A stretch of DNA of 64,000 nucleotides from Eubacteriales bacterium (GTDB taxonomy: Bacteria > Bacillota > Clostridia > Oscillospirales > CAG-272), in NCBI GenBank assembly GCA_045602385.1, contig JAZSBL010000030.1:2902-66901 (forward strand). The letters run 5' to 3'. How positions within the stretch are numbered: position 1 is the first letter of the stretch; every line of letters begins with the position of its first letter. Below, piece by piece: positions 22,606 to 32,930 of the stretch. A program made the position numbers and the translations under genes. The notes below the pieces were generated by a model. That model saw only the letters and a program-made list of their open reading frames with translations. It did no database searches and was not told where the DNA came from.

Positions 22606-22824
22606 ATGAGAAAGACATTCAGACTTGAGGATCTTGACTGCGCGCACTGCGCGGCTAAAATGGAGATCGCCATCTCCAAAATTGAGGGTGTTTACGAGGC
22701 GAAGATCGCCTTTATGACACAGAAGCTCACGATTGAAGCGGAAGAAAAGGATTTTGACCGCATCGTAAAGGATGCGCAGAAGGCAATCAAGAAAATAGAG
22801 CCCGACTGCCGTATAGTTTTTTAA
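22606..22824 (+). CDS. heavy-metal-associated (HMA) domain protein / metallochaperone
   Basis: About 72 aa from ATG 22606 (GAGGTG RBS). FRLEDLDCAHCAAKMEIAISKIEGV has the CxxC of the ferredoxin-like HMA fold. Confidence 0.8.
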   Translation: MRKTFRLEDLDCAHCAAKMEIAISKIEGVYEAKIAFMTQKLTIEAEEKDFDRIVKDAQKAIKKIEPDCRIVF

Positions 22825-22825
22825 T

Positions 22826-24715
22826 ATGAGAAGAAAAGACAAAAAACAGCTGATACGGATTATTATATCGGCGGTCTGCCTTGGAGCTGTGGTAGCGATA
22901 GATAAGATATGGGGCTTTCCCTTCTCTCTTACGCTTTTCGGCTTTGACTTTTTGCCGTTGATGATCTATCTTATTCCCTATGTACCCGTAGGCTATCCCG
23001 TATTGATCAGCGCGGGGAAAAATATCGCTCGCGGTCAGGTTTTTGACGAGAATTTTCTTATGTCGCTGGCAACCGTCGCCGCACTTGTCACAGGAGAATA
23101 TGCCGAGGCGGTATTCGTTATGCTCTTTTACCAGGTTGGCGAGCTTTTCGAGCATATTGCCGTCGGAAAGAGCCGCGACTCGATAAAATCCCTGCTCTCT
23201 ATCCGCGCAGACACCGCTTTTGTTGAAAACGAGAACGGCGAGCTCTTCGAGGTAGACTGCGAGGAGATAAATGTCGGCGATATTATCACCGTCAAATCGG
23301 GCGGCAAGATACCGCTTGACGGCGTCATCGTTGAGGGCAGAAGCTCACTTAATACAGTTGCGCTCACCGGAGAATCCCTGCCCAGAGCGGTCGAGATCGG
23401 CGACGAGGCACTCAGCGGATGTGTTAACGAGGGCGGTGTACTCAAAATCCGCGTTACAAAGCCTTCCCGGGAATCCACCGTATCTAAAATTCTCGCGCTT
23501 GTAGAATCGTCCGCTGAAAACAAATCCAAAAGCGAGGACTTTATCACAAAATTCGCACGCGTATATACCCCCACAGTCGTTATTCTGGCGGCTCTGCTTG
23601 CAGTATTGCCCCCTGTCATTACAGGTATAAATGACGGCGGCGTATGGCGCGAGTGGGTGATGCGCGCCATGACATTCCTTGTAATTTCATGCCCCTGCGC
23701 GCTTGTTATTTCGGTTCCGCTCTCCTATTTTGGCGGAATCGGAGCGGCATCAAAAAAAGGCATACTTATTAAAGGCTCTAACTACCTTGATGCGCTCTCA
23801 CACTGCGACACGGTGGTTTTTGACAAGACAGGAACACTCACCCGCGGCGCCTTCTCAGTCACAGAGGTCATATGTCACGATAACAACAATAACGCAGAGC
23901 TTCTCTCCCTTGCATTGGCGGCTGAAAAATACTCCACCCACCCGATAGCTGCGGCTATCCGCCGCTACGGTGAGGAAAACAGATATATTCCCTGTGCCGA
24001 GCTATCCGACATAGAGGAAATATCGGGACTTGGTGTAAAAGTCTGCTACAACGGCGAGATTCTACTTGTAGGCAACGAAAGGCTTATGAGTGAGAATAAT
24101 ATAAAAGCTGAATCAACAAGCATTGGAGCAAGCGTGTTCGTCGCTCTCGGGGACAGGTGCCTCGGATCGCTCCATCTCTCCGACGATCCCAAGGATAACG
24201 CGCATGATGCTATACTTGCACTCCGCAAAAACGGCATTTCCAAGACGGTAATGCTTAGCGGTGACAAGGAAAGCGAGGCGCAAAGAATATCAAATACGCT
24301 CTCCCTTGACTCCTACCGCGCCGAGCTTCTCCCCGCAGACAAGGTATATGCGCTTGAAGGCATTATGAACGAATCAAAGGGGCTTTGCGCCTACGTGGGC
24401 GACGGAATCAACGACGCACCCGTGCTTGCACGTGCCGACGTTGGAATCGCCATGGGCGCTCTTGGCTCGGATGCGGCGATCGAGGCGGCAGATATTGTTC
24501 TTATGAATGATAACCTTGAAAAAATAAACGATGCAGTAATTCTTTCAAGAAGAACACGCCGCATCGTTATCCAAAATATTGTTTTTGCCCTTGGCGTAAA
24601 GGCCTTGGCTCTGGTTTTGGGTGCGCTTGGTATCGTAGGCCTTGGCGTTGCGATATTTGCGGACGTCGGCGTTGCGGTAATAGCGATATTGAACTCTATG
24701 AGAAACTTAAAATAA
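22826..24715 (+). CDS. heavy-metal P1B-type ATPase (Cd/Zn/Co-type)
   Basis: 629 aa with TGES, SCPCALV (CPC), DKTGTLT, STHP and GDGINDAP. The HMA domain is encoded separately just upstream. Confidence 0.93.
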   Translation: MRRKDKKQLIRIIISAVCLGAVVAIDKIWGFPFSLTLFGFDFLPLMIYLIPYVPVGYPVLISAGKNIARGQVFDENFLMSLATVAALVTGEYAEAVFVMLFYQVGELFEHIAVGKSRDSIKSLLSIRADTAFVENENGELFEVDCEEINVGDIITVKSGGKIPLDGVIVEGRSSLNTVALTGESLPRAVEIGDEALSGCVNEGGVLKIRVTKPSRESTVSKILALVESSAENKSKSEDFITKFARVYTPTVVILAALLAVLPPVITGINDGGVWREWVMRAMTFLVISCPCALVISVPLSYFGGIGAASKKGILIKGSNYLDALSHCDTVVFDKTGTLTRGAFSVTEVICHDNNNNAELLSLALAAEKYSTHPIAAAIRRYGEENRYIPCAELSDIEEISGLGVKVCYNGEILLVGNERLMSENNIKAESTSIGASVFVALGDRCLGSLHLSDDPKDNAHDAILALRKNGISKTVMLSGDKESEAQRISNTLSLDSYRAELLPADKVYALEGIMNESKGLCAYVGDGINDAPVLARADVGIAMGALGSDAAIEAADIVLMNDNLEKINDAVILSRRTRRIVIQNIVFALGVKALALVLGALGIVGLGVAIFADVGVAVIAILNSMRNLK

Positions 24716-24723
24716 AGAAATTA

Positions 24724-24756
24724 CCCCCTTGGAGAAAACTCCAAGGGGATTTTTCG
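24724..24756. terminator. Bidirectional terminator between convergent genes
   Basis: CCCCTTGGAG (24725-24734) pairs with CTCCAAGGGG (24739-24748), followed by a T-run. Confidence 0.75.
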
Positions 24757-25626
24757 TTATTTTTCAATTGTAATTATGTAGCAACCCGTGTTATCGGGCG
24801 AGATAACGCATGACTGAAATTCGGCGGGCATAATGACCGTATCCCCAACCGTCTGCCTTGAAACAAGATAGCCGTCTATCTCATACCACTCCCCGACTTC
24901 AAAAGATGAAATGTATTCCTCAAGCGTCAGGTGATTGTTATATATCACGCTCGCGTGCGGCGCGCCTACGTAACGGATATGCCAGGGCTCGTATCTGATG
25001 CCTGTTATTTCCTCACCGTAAGAGGGATAGCGGATTATAAAGCCGTATTCATGCGCGTGAGAATTGACAAACCTGCCCGAGGGCGACTTCAAAAAGGCGT
25101 CCCCCGCGTAATACGCCACGTAAACGTCAAGGGCAAGACCGCTTTGGTGCTCGCTTGCTCCGGGCACGGTTGCCGTTTTGGGGTCCTCCCGATATAGCAT
25201 TTCCTGCTCCTCGCGACTGCGGAAGTCACTTGAAACGTAAAGCTTGTTCCCTGTTCTCTCCTTCACTGCCGCAGAAAGTCTTGCATAAGCGTCGATCATA
25301 GGTCTGCTCATAAACACAGTCGTATCATTGTACTCAACCACGTCGGGGACAAAGGTGCCCCGTAGCATATACTCAGTGTTAACCAGCATCAGGCTTTGCT
25401 CAAAGCTCACGTTTTCGCGCGCCGCAAGCTCGGTTATTGAATATTCCGCAAAACCGCTTTGATCTATCCGCTCTACCTTTTCGGGAATGCGAAACCACCC
25501 AAGCTTTTCCGATAGCGCGTATATCTTGTGATAATTCAAGACAAATGCAAGCACCGCCGACAAAAGAAGCGCGGCGGCAATTGCAATTATGATTATAGTT
25601 TTTGCTTTTTTACTTAAAATCTTCAT
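24757..25626 (-). CDS. VanY-like D-Ala-D-Ala carboxypeptidase (peptidase M15B), membrane anchored
   Basis: 289 aa with an N-terminal TM helix, SEHQSGLALD and EPWHIRYVG zinc-peptidase motifs. Confidence 0.8.
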   Translation of the reverse strand: MKILSKKAKTIIIIAIAAALLLSAVLAFVLNYHKIYALSEKLGWFRIPEKVERIDQSGFAEYSITELAARENVSFEQSLMLVNTEYMLRGTFVPDVVEYNDTTVFMSRPMIDAYARLSAAVKERTGNKLYVSSDFRSREEQEMLYREDPKTATVPGASEHQSGLALDVYVAYYAGDAFLKSPSGRFVNSHAHEYGFIIRYPSYGEEITGIRYEPWHIRYVGAPHASVIYNNHLTLEEYISSFEVGEWYEIDGYLVSRQTVGDTVIMPAEFQSCVISPDNTGCYIITIEK

Positions 25627-27026
25627 TCTTCTACCGAGACGCCGCTGTAATCTATCGGCTCAAGCCTTGGGCAATCCGCAAACGCATCTCGTCCCACCTT
25701 GTCGGTTCCGCCAAGCGACACTGAAACAAGAGATTTGCAACCGCAAAATGCCGATGCCTTGATCTCTTTCAATGACTGTGGGCACTCAACGCTTTTGATC
25801 GCGCCGCAACCGTAGAAGGCCTGCATACCGATAACCTCAAGTGATGCGCCAAGCTTTAATGCGGAAATATTGTCACAACCGAAATAAGCATCGTCACCAA
25901 TCGTCTTTACCTTATCGGGGATAGCTACCGCGCCAAGAGAGCGGCAAGCGTAAAAGGATCTGACCCCGATAGCTTCAAGCGATTCGGGGAGATTTATCTC
26001 GGTTATATACCGACATGAATAAAATGCTTTATCGGGAATTTTCGTGCAGCCCTCAGCAACCGTTACTCTGCGAAGCGTGTCGGGCACAAGCTCATCATTA
26101 TAATCCGCGCTTGCGGCGTCAAATATTCTACCTATATAGTCTCCCTCTCCAAGCGTCAACGTAATGGAGTTGAGGGCAGTGCAGGCATAAAGCGCGCCCT
26201 TAGCAACGCTTTTCGCGCTTGAAATATTTATATCGTACAGAGATCTGCAAAAAGCAAATGCATACTCATCTATATTACAAACGCCGTTGCACGAAACGTA
26301 TACAAGGTCATAGCACTGATAAAAAGCAAGCTTTCCGATGCTTGTAACACTATCGGGCAGAACCACGGCAGAAAGAGCCTTGGCGTCTCTGAACGCCTCG
26401 TCGGGAACGCTATTACACCTATCGCCTATTATTACCATATCAAGGCTTGCGGGAAGCGCGACCGCGTTCTTGTCGGGCTCGTCAGCGCCAAATGCGTATC
26501 CTACGAACTGATTTTCATGACCGTCGCCAATAAAGGGCAGACGAATCGTTGAAAGTCCACCGCATCCGTTGAATGCGCCCTGCGCGATCACGTCCACCGT
26601 ATCTGGCACGTATACCGCACGAATGAGATCACCGGAAAACGCATTTGCGGCTATCTCGGCAACCGCCGCGCCGTCTATTGCTTCGGGTATCACTACAATA
26701 GGCTCCTCGCCTATATATTCAACTATTTTTACTTTTCCCTCAACCGTCTCGTACAAGAAGGATTCCTTACCCGTCGGCTGATTGGAATTGAATGCAAGAG
26801 CGGCATTCTCCTTATACTCGGAATACCTATCGTAAAGCTCGCTATTCACTCCCGTATCCTTCGCGGGCTCAAACGTCGGCTCGGTCGAAGTTTCCGCGCC
26901 CTGCTCGGGTTCACTTGAACACGCGGCAAGAGAGAGTGAAAGGCATAAAAGAAGCGCAAGCCCAAAAGCCGTTATTTTTACAAGATCAAATTTCCTCTTC
27001 ATTGTCGCACTGCTCCTTTTTTTCAC
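25623..27026 (-). CDS. BspA-type leucine-rich-repeat surface lipoprotein
   Basis: Signal peptide with lipobox LSLAAC. Many ~23-aa repeats of the form AF.xC.xL.xI.LP.S. The start may be the second Met, at 27002. Confidence 0.75.
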   Translation of the reverse strand: MKKRSSATMKRKFDLVKITAFGLALLLCLSLSLAACSSEPEQGAETSTEPTFEPAKDTGVNSELYDRYSEYKENAALAFNSNQPTGKESFLYETVEGKVKIVEYIGEEPIVVIPEAIDGAAVAEIAANAFSGDLIRAVYVPDTVDVIAQGAFNGCGGLSTIRLPFIGDGHENQFVGYAFGADEPDKNAVALPASLDMVIIGDRCNSVPDEAFRDAKALSAVVLPDSVTSIGKLAFYQCYDLVYVSCNGVCNIDEYAFAFCRSLYDINISSAKSVAKGALYACTALNSITLTLGEGDYIGRIFDAASADYNDELVPDTLRRVTVAEGCTKIPDKAFYSCRYITEINLPESLEAIGVRSFYACRSLGAVAIPDKVKTIGDDAYFGCDNISALKLGASLEVIGMQAFYGCGAIKSVECPQSLKEIKASAFCGCKSLVSVSLGGTDKVGRDAFADCPRLEPIDYSGVSVEE

Positions 27027-27507
27027 TTGATGCCCTTACAAGATGATATCCCAGCGCGAACGCAAAGGGCAGCACCTGCGCGCAGAACCAACCGATGCTC
27101 TGCTCCAGCATCAATACAGCGTCCTCATCACCGTTGTTTATAATTCCCTCTAAGCCGTTGCTCTCTGCCCATACGTAAGGAAGCATCACTCCGTAGGTGA
27201 ATAATATCGCCACTGTTATTATTATCGACTTGTCGATCTGCGAAGATACCTTTACGTACCCGAATTTGTAGCCGACCGTCAGCGCTATTGCAACCAAAAT
27301 CACAGGCGGCAAGAGTGATGTGTACTTCAAAAGCCAGATGGTGTTATCCATCTTTCCCTTCTCCTCAAGCTCGACTATCTTTTCGGGCACGAAGTTCAGA
27401 TACAACGTTAAAAGTCCGTACATTATCGCGCAAGCCAGCACAGAAAATATTACAATTTTTAATATCCTTAGCACAATCTTTCTTGCGCTTTTCTTTTCGT
27501 TTTCCAT
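26986..27507 (-). CDS. integral membrane protein, unknown function
   Basis: 173 aa with four clear hydrophobic segments. I recognise no family motif. Confidence 0.55.
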   Translation of the reverse strand: MENEKKSARKIVLRILKIVIFSVLACAIMYGLLTLYLNFVPEKIVELEEKGKMDNTIWLLKYTSLLPPVILVAIALTVGYKFGYVKVSSQIDKSIIITVAILFTYGVMLPYVWAESNGLEGIINNGDEDAVLMLEQSIGWFCAQVLPFAFALGYHLVRASSEKKEQCDNEEEI

Positions 27508-27518
27508 TTTACTATTCC

Positions 27519-27746
27519 TTATATCTGCTTGTGAACGCTCTTATACTCGTCGTAATAGCGGTAATAGGGACAACCCCTTGTGTTTCCGCCCAGGAAGTCT
27601 ATCATCTCATCCTCGTCAAGCGACATGGAGCAAACGTACTCTCCCCATTCCTCATCATAGTCGTAAAATTCGCAGCTTTCACAATTCCTGCTCACATATT
27701 TCGGAGTGGCCGCAGTTGTTTTTATATTCTTTTCCATTCGTATCAA
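27519..27746 (-). CDS. small Cys-containing conserved hypothetical protein
   Basis: 75 aa with CESCEFYDYDEEWGEYVC...GCPYYRYYDEY. It overlaps the stop of cdd by 4 nt, which suggests translational coupling. Confidence 0.55.
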   Translation of the reverse strand: MIRMEKNIKTTAATPKYVSRNCESCEFYDYDEEWGEYVCSMSLDEDEMIDFLGGNTRGCPYYRYYDEYKSVHKQI

Positions 27747-28153
27747 AGCGTTTCCTTTTTAAAGGATTCGGGCAAAAGCTCTGCCAAGGTATATGTCTTG
27801 ATCTCCTTGCCGTCATACAGCAAAATCTCAAAATCAGGCCCACAAAACTCTGCAATTACCTGTCTGCATATTCCACACGGAGCGCAGATATCGCCTATCT
27901 TCTCTCCGCGTCTTGCGCCAACGATGGATATCGCTCTGAAATCTCTCTTTCCCTCGTTTACCGCCTTGAATATTGCCGTTCTTTCGGCACAGTTCGTCGC
28001 GCCGTAGGACGCGTTTTCAATATTCGCGCCCTCGTATATCTCGCCGTCAGAGCAAAGAAGTGCCGCTCCGACGCAAAAGCTTGAATAGGGCGAGTATGCC
28101 TTGAGCCGTGCATCGCAAGCTCTCTTCACAAGCATTTCCTTATCGTATTTCAT
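27743..28153 (-). CDS. cdd: cytidine deaminase
   Basis: 136 aa with zinc motifs CAERTAIF and CAPCGICRQ. It has the size of the homotetrameric Cdd type. Confidence 0.9.
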   Translation of the reverse strand: MKYDKEMLVKRACDARLKAYSPYSSFCVGAALLCSDGEIYEGANIENASYGATNCAERTAIFKAVNEGKRDFRAISIVGARRGEKIGDICAPCGICRQVIAEFCGPDFEILLYDGKEIKTYTLAELLPESFKKETL

Positions 28154-28169
28154 TTTTCTACCTGCCTTT

Positions 28170-28760
28170 TTATTTTTCAGAACCCTCTACGTAGTAAGCC
28201 GCCTCGGAATCGGCGCAATTGAGGAAAAACGCAAGCGGGAACATTTCCATCGCCTTTCCCACGTTGCCGTGATTCTCCTTATCAGCCGAGAAGCCCATGT
28301 GGTATCTTATCGCAAACGCCTCGTCGCGTGTAAGTCGCATATATCCCGAAATGATATAGACCGATTTTTCGCCGTGACCGTAAGGAAGCGAGTCGTCTAT
28401 TGTGTAAAACGGCACAGACTCCCACTTGCCCATATCGTTCTTTACGTTTCTGAACGATACGTTGTAGAAATTGATCTTGCATAAGTCATGCAGAAGCGCC
28501 GCGATAGCAATGCTTTCCTCGCTGTACTCAATGCCGTATACCTCGTTGATCCTCGGACGCTTCATAATGTCGCAAAGGCAGTCGTATACGTTCAGGCTAT
28601 GCTCCACAAGTCCGCCCTCGTAGTTTCCGTGAAAGCGCGTTGATGCGGGAGCGGTAAAGAAATCACTTGAGCTTGAAAGCAAAAAGTCAAGCAGCTTATC
28701 CGCTCCGTCTCTCTTTATCTTCTCCTTGTATATCTCAATAAATCTTTCCTTGTTTGTCAT
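28170..28760 (-). CDS. HD-domain phosphohydrolase
   Basis: 196 aa with H...LLHDLCK (the HD motif) and later His/Asp residues. Confidence 0.75.
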   Translation of the reverse strand: MTNKERFIEIYKEKIKRDGADKLLDFLLSSSSDFFTAPASTRFHGNYEGGLVEHSLNVYDCLCDIMKRPRINEVYGIEYSEESIAIAALLHDLCKINFYNVSFRNVKNDMGKWESVPFYTIDDSLPYGHGEKSVYIISGYMRLTRDEAFAIRYHMGFSADKENHGNVGKAMEMFPLAFFLNCADSEAAYYVEGSEK

Positions 28761-28825
28761 AGTGCCCCCTATATCAATTTAAATATAATTATACAATTAT
28801 ATTTTACCAAAGCGGCGGAGCTTTG

Positions 28826-31543
28826 TCAATACCCTCTCTTGCCAAAAAACAACCGCCACAAAAGCTTGCGGATAAGTTCAAAAGGAAAGACGCAAAGTGC
28901 CATAAGCGCGGTCACTCCAAGCTCCCGAAGAGTCAGAGGCGCGGTTCGCAATACAGCTCCGCCGAGATACACGAATATTATCTGCAAAAAAAGCACCGCC
29001 GACATGATAAAAATAAAGGCAGGATTCTTGGTTATTCCCGAAAAGAGCTTAAGCCTGTCGGTCCGTGAATTGAAGCAGTTGAATACCGAGGCAAAGATAA
29101 AGAGGGCAAAAAAGCCTGTCAGGAGATAAATGTTGTCCCCCGCAGGGCGAAAAATACTGGTTATTTCGGGTATTTTTAAAAAGGCAATACACAACGCCAC
29201 GGTAAACGCGCCCGACAGTATAATCTCGTTTATCATATATCCGCAAAGGATAGGCTCATCTCGTCTTTTGGGGCTTTCCTTCATGTATGAGGCGAGAGGC
29301 GCCTCACCCGCAAACGCAAGTCCACCCAATGTATCCATGATTATATTTATCCAAAGCATCTGCACCACCGTTACAGGCGAGTCAAATCCCAAAAACGGAC
29401 AGAATATCGACACGCCGACTGCAGACAGATTCATGGTCAGCTGGAGAGATATAAACTTCCTGATGCTCTTGAAAACCGTTCTGCCGTAAAGAACCGCGCG
29501 CGCAATAGAGGCAAGATTATTGTCAATTATGATTATATCTCCCGCATCCTTTGCCACCTGCGTTCCGCTACCCATAGAGAAGCCGACGTCCGCGCGCTTA
29601 AGCGCGGGCGCATCGTTTATGCCGTCTCCCGTCATACCAACGACAAGATCAAGCTCCTGCGACAGACGGACAAGTCGGCTTTTATCATTTGGTAAAGCTC
29701 TCGCCACCGCCGCAAGCCGCGGCAGAACATCCACTACCTCACTGTCCGACATAAGAGAAAGGTCGTTGCCGCTTAGCACAATATCCCTTCCACCTCTTAT
29801 TATTCCGCATTTCCTTGCTATATTTTCCGCCGTGTCCTTATTATCTCCCGTTATCATCACAACGCCTATTCCCGCGCCCGAAAGCTCCTCGACCGCCCTT
29901 TTTGCTTCAGGTCTTATTTTGTCCTCAAGCGTAGCGATACAGACAAGCGTCAGTCCGTCAAACGCTCCCGCATCTCGGCATGACGATATATATTCTCCCT
30001 CGCCCTCCGCAATAGCAATGACTCTCTTGCCTTGCACGGTAAGCGAGGAGCATACCGCCTCACATTCGCTTCTGTTAAGGGGACGTATATCCCCACTCTC
30101 GTTAATATATCCGCTGACACGCGGCAAGATCCTTTCGGGCGCGCCTTTTATTAATATCCTCCGTTTTCCCGACCTGCTTATCAGCGCGGCGGAGTATTTT
30201 CTTGCACTGTCAAACAGAAGCCTGTCTATCACCTCATACACGGGCTTTTTTATCTCGCCGTCCATTACCGATAGCATGACCGCCCTGTCGGTCGAATTTC
30301 CGCCGAGAGCATCTTTTCTGCCGCCTTTGTTGCGACCCGCAACGCTCGATGAATTAGCATACGCGCCCAAAAGATAGGCATCGTATATACGCTCACACGG
30401 GCGAAGTCGGTCGGGTGAAGAAAAGCGCTTGCCATTACCAAGATATATCTCGCCTACCGACAGCTTGCCCTCTGTAAGAGTTCCCGTCTTGTCGGTAAAC
30501 AAAATATTCATACTTCCCGCAGCCTCAATCCCGACAGGCTTTCGCACAAGCACGTTATCTCGCACCATTCGCTTGATATTTGACGACAGCACGACCGCGA
30601 TCATCATCGGAAGCCCCTCGGGAACGGCTACAACAATGACGGTAAGCGCAAGCGTGAGGGCGTGAAAAAGATGCGAGAAAAGATAGGAGAACGAGGTCAA
30701 TTTGTATTTGATTATTTCGGTGTCAAAGGCGCTGTCTATCACAAAAATATTGAAAAGATAAACAAGCGCGACCAATACCGCCAGAATATATCCAAGCAGG
30801 CTTATTTGTCCCGCAAGCTTTTCAAGTCTTATTTTCAGCGGACTTGAGCGAGTGTCGGTCTGTATTTCCCGTGATATTCCTCCAAGCATAGTCGAATCCC
30901 CTACCCTTGAAACCCTGATAATCCCACTACCCGAAATTACCGTACATCCCCTCAGGCAGTAATACGGTGATGACGGGCTGAAATCATCCGTATCAGCGCG
31001 CGTACGCGCCCGCTTTTTTATTTCTCTGCTCTCCCCCGTCATTGCCGACTGATCGCTTTTAAGCTCCCCCGAAATAAGAACGCCGTCTGCGGCTATTTGC
31101 TCTCCTGCTCCCACTACCAAAAGATCTCCCACAACCACGTCGCCAATTCCTATCTCAAATACCTCGGCTGAGCGTATAACTCTGCAAAGTGTCTGTCCAA
31201 CCTCGCCGCAAAGCCTGTCAAACGCCCCTTCAGAGCCATGCTCCGACAAGGTAGAAATAAATGTAGCAAGCAGAATGGATACCGCTATACCCGCGGTTTC
31301 CACCCAATTTGCGCGTTTAAACATAAAAATCACGTTGATTATAAGCGCGCCGATAAGTATTTTTACGACAGGGTCGCCAAGGTTTTCAAAAAACTTGCGC
31401 ATAAAGCTCTTTCTTTTGGCGGGTGACAGTATATTTCTGCCATGCGCCCTCCTTGACTGCTCCACCTCATGCACCGATAGCCCCCGCAGACTCTCAGCTT
31501 TATCTGCAACCTCTGTTTTATTCATTACGTTTATGATCATCAC
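28826..31543 (-). CDS. P2-type cation-transporting ATPase (Ca2+-ATPase-like)
   Basis: 905 aa with MTGES, DKTGTLT, TGDNKDTA, GDGINDAPALK and about ten TM segments. Confidence 0.9.
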   Translation of the reverse strand: MMIINVMNKTEVADKAESLRGLSVHEVEQSRRAHGRNILSPAKRKSFMRKFFENLGDPVVKILIGALIINVIFMFKRANWVETAGIAVSILLATFISTLSEHGSEGAFDRLCGEVGQTLCRVIRSAEVFEIGIGDVVVGDLLVVGAGEQIAADGVLISGELKSDQSAMTGESREIKKRARTRADTDDFSPSSPYYCLRGCTVISGSGIIRVSRVGDSTMLGGISREIQTDTRSSPLKIRLEKLAGQISLLGYILAVLVALVYLFNIFVIDSAFDTEIIKYKLTSFSYLFSHLFHALTLALTVIVVAVPEGLPMMIAVVLSSNIKRMVRDNVLVRKPVGIEAAGSMNILFTDKTGTLTEGKLSVGEIYLGNGKRFSSPDRLRPCERIYDAYLLGAYANSSSVAGRNKGGRKDALGGNSTDRAVMLSVMDGEIKKPVYEVIDRLLFDSARKYSAALISRSGKRRILIKGAPERILPRVSGYINESGDIRPLNRSECEAVCSSLTVQGKRVIAIAEGEGEYISSCRDAGAFDGLTLVCIATLEDKIRPEAKRAVEELSGAGIGVVMITGDNKDTAENIARKCGIIRGGRDIVLSGNDLSLMSDSEVVDVLPRLAAVARALPNDKSRLVRLSQELDLVVGMTGDGINDAPALKRADVGFSMGSGTQVAKDAGDIIIIDNNLASIARAVLYGRTVFKSIRKFISLQLTMNLSAVGVSIFCPFLGFDSPVTVVQMLWINIIMDTLGGLAFAGEAPLASYMKESPKRRDEPILCGYMINEIILSGAFTVALCIAFLKIPEITSIFRPAGDNIYLLTGFFALFIFASVFNCFNSRTDRLKLFSGITKNPAFIFIMSAVLFLQIIFVYLGGAVLRTAPLTLRELGVTALMALCVFPFELIRKLLWRLFFGKRGY

Positions 31544-31721
31544 TCCCTTTAAGTTTGTCCTAAAAGCAATATATGAAAACGATAATAGCGTAATGCATAA
31601 AAAATTTCCGCCTTAAACCTGAATCGTTGTAGAATAATCGGCGAAAAGATTTCCAAAACATATTTACTTATTGAGAAAAACATGGTATAATGTATGTGTA
31701 TATGTATATTTTTACGGAGGT

Positions 31722-32882
31722 ATGCAAATGCGTAGCTGCACCCTTAAAACTACCATAAACTTTGAAAGCAACGCTCTTTCGCGTCTTGCTGCCCTTGAAT
31801 ATAAGAAGGTCTTTATTATTGCCGATCCCTTCACCGTGTCCAGCGGTCTTATAAAGGCGGCGACAAAGCACCTTGAGGCGTCCAAAATTGAATACACAAT
31901 CTACTCTGACGTAGTTCCCGACCCCTCGATCGAAAAGGTAGTCGCAGGCGTTGCGGCTCTCGTTCAGGACAAGGCCCCCTGTCTTATCGCGGTTGGCGGC
32001 GGCTCTGCTATCGACCTTGCAAAATCCGTGCGCCTTTTCGCGCACCGTATGCAACCCGATTATGCGCCCTACTTCATTGCTATCCCCACGACAAGCGGCA
32101 CAGGTAGTGAGGTAACCTCATTTGCCGTAATTACCGACACCCAGAAGAACGTCAAGCACGCGCTTATAGACGAATTCCTTCTTCCCAACGAGGCGATTCT
32201 CGATGTTGAGATGGTAAAGAGCGTTCCCGCATCCATTGCGGCAGACACCGGAATGGACGTTATGGCGCACGCACTTGAGGCATACGTAAGCACAGAAGCG
32301 GACTACTTCTCAGATATGTATGCAGAAAAGGCAACCTCGCTTTGCAAGCACTATCTTGTGCGCTCCTACAACTATCCCAAGACACATGAAAACAAGGCAA
32401 GAGAAAAGATGCACGTTGCTTCCTGCCTCGCGGGCGTTGCATTCAACGCGGTATCTCTTGGAATCTGCCACAGTATAGCGCACCAGCTCGGCGCACAGTT
32501 CCACATTCCTCACGGACGCGCCAATGCGATTGTTCTCCCCAACGTAATACTTTACAACTCAGAGCTTACGCCTACCACGTTCGTACTGAGCGACCCGGCG
32601 CCCTGCGTATCAAAGTACGCGAACATGTCCCGCCGTATCGGCCTTATCGGATACGACGATATTGCATGCGTAAAATCGCTTACCTTCTTCATCCGTTCAA
32701 TGCAGATCGAAATGGGTATGCCCATACGTGTACGCGATGCTATACCGAAGGTTACATACGAGGAGTACGAATCCAAGCTTGACGCCATGGCAGACGCGGC
32801 CCTGCTTGACAGATGTACGCCTACCAACCCCCGTGTCCCCACAAAGGCGGATATAATTGAAATACTCAGAGAGATCTGGTAA
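31722..32882 (+). CDS. iron-containing (group III) alcohol dehydrogenase
   Basis: GGGSAIDLAK and the His cluster HSIAHQLG...HG. ATG 31722 follows a GGAGG RBS. TGGTATAAT (extended -10) lies at 31683-31691. Confidence 0.85.
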   Translation: MQMRSCTLKTTINFESNALSRLAALEYKKVFIIADPFTVSSGLIKAATKHLEASKIEYTIYSDVVPDPSIEKVVAGVAALVQDKAPCLIAVGGGSAIDLAKSVRLFAHRMQPDYAPYFIAIPTTSGTGSEVTSFAVITDTQKNVKHALIDEFLLPNEAILDVEMVKSVPASIAADTGMDVMAHALEAYVSTEADYFSDMYAEKATSLCKHYLVRSYNYPKTHENKAREKMHVASCLAGVAFNAVSLGICHSIAHQLGAQFHIPHGRANAIVLPNVILYNSELTPTTFVLSDPAPCVSKYANMSRRIGLIGYDDIACVKSLTFFIRSMQIEMGMPIRVRDAIPKVTYEEYESKLDAMADAALLDRCTPTNPRVPTKADIIEILREIW

Positions 32883-32884
32883 GA

Positions 32885-32930
32885 TAAAAAAAGCACTTAC
32901 GGTTTTTAATGCCGTAAGTGCTTTTCTTTT
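32885..32930. terminator. Bidirectional terminator between convergent genes
   Basis: AAGCACTTACGG (32891-32902) pairs with CCGTAAGTGCTT (32912-32923), with A-run and T-run flanks. Confidence 0.7.

Noticed and set aside
27288-28084. Two overlapping ~240-250-aa + strand ORFs across 27288-28084
   Set aside because: They are antisense to cdd (clear zinc motifs), the small Cys protein and the membrane protein. Their translations are low-complexity Ser/Leu/Phe/Arg-rich, so I treat them as shadow ORFs.
28153-28170. Cytidine deaminase plus HD-domain hydrolase (27743-28760) as a nucleotide-depletion anti-phage defence pair
   Set aside because: The deaminase is the standard 136-aa housekeeping Cdd type, with none of the kinase or extra domains of defence dCTP deaminases. 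The HD protein is a small generic hydrolase, and nothing else in the neighbourhood looks defence-related.
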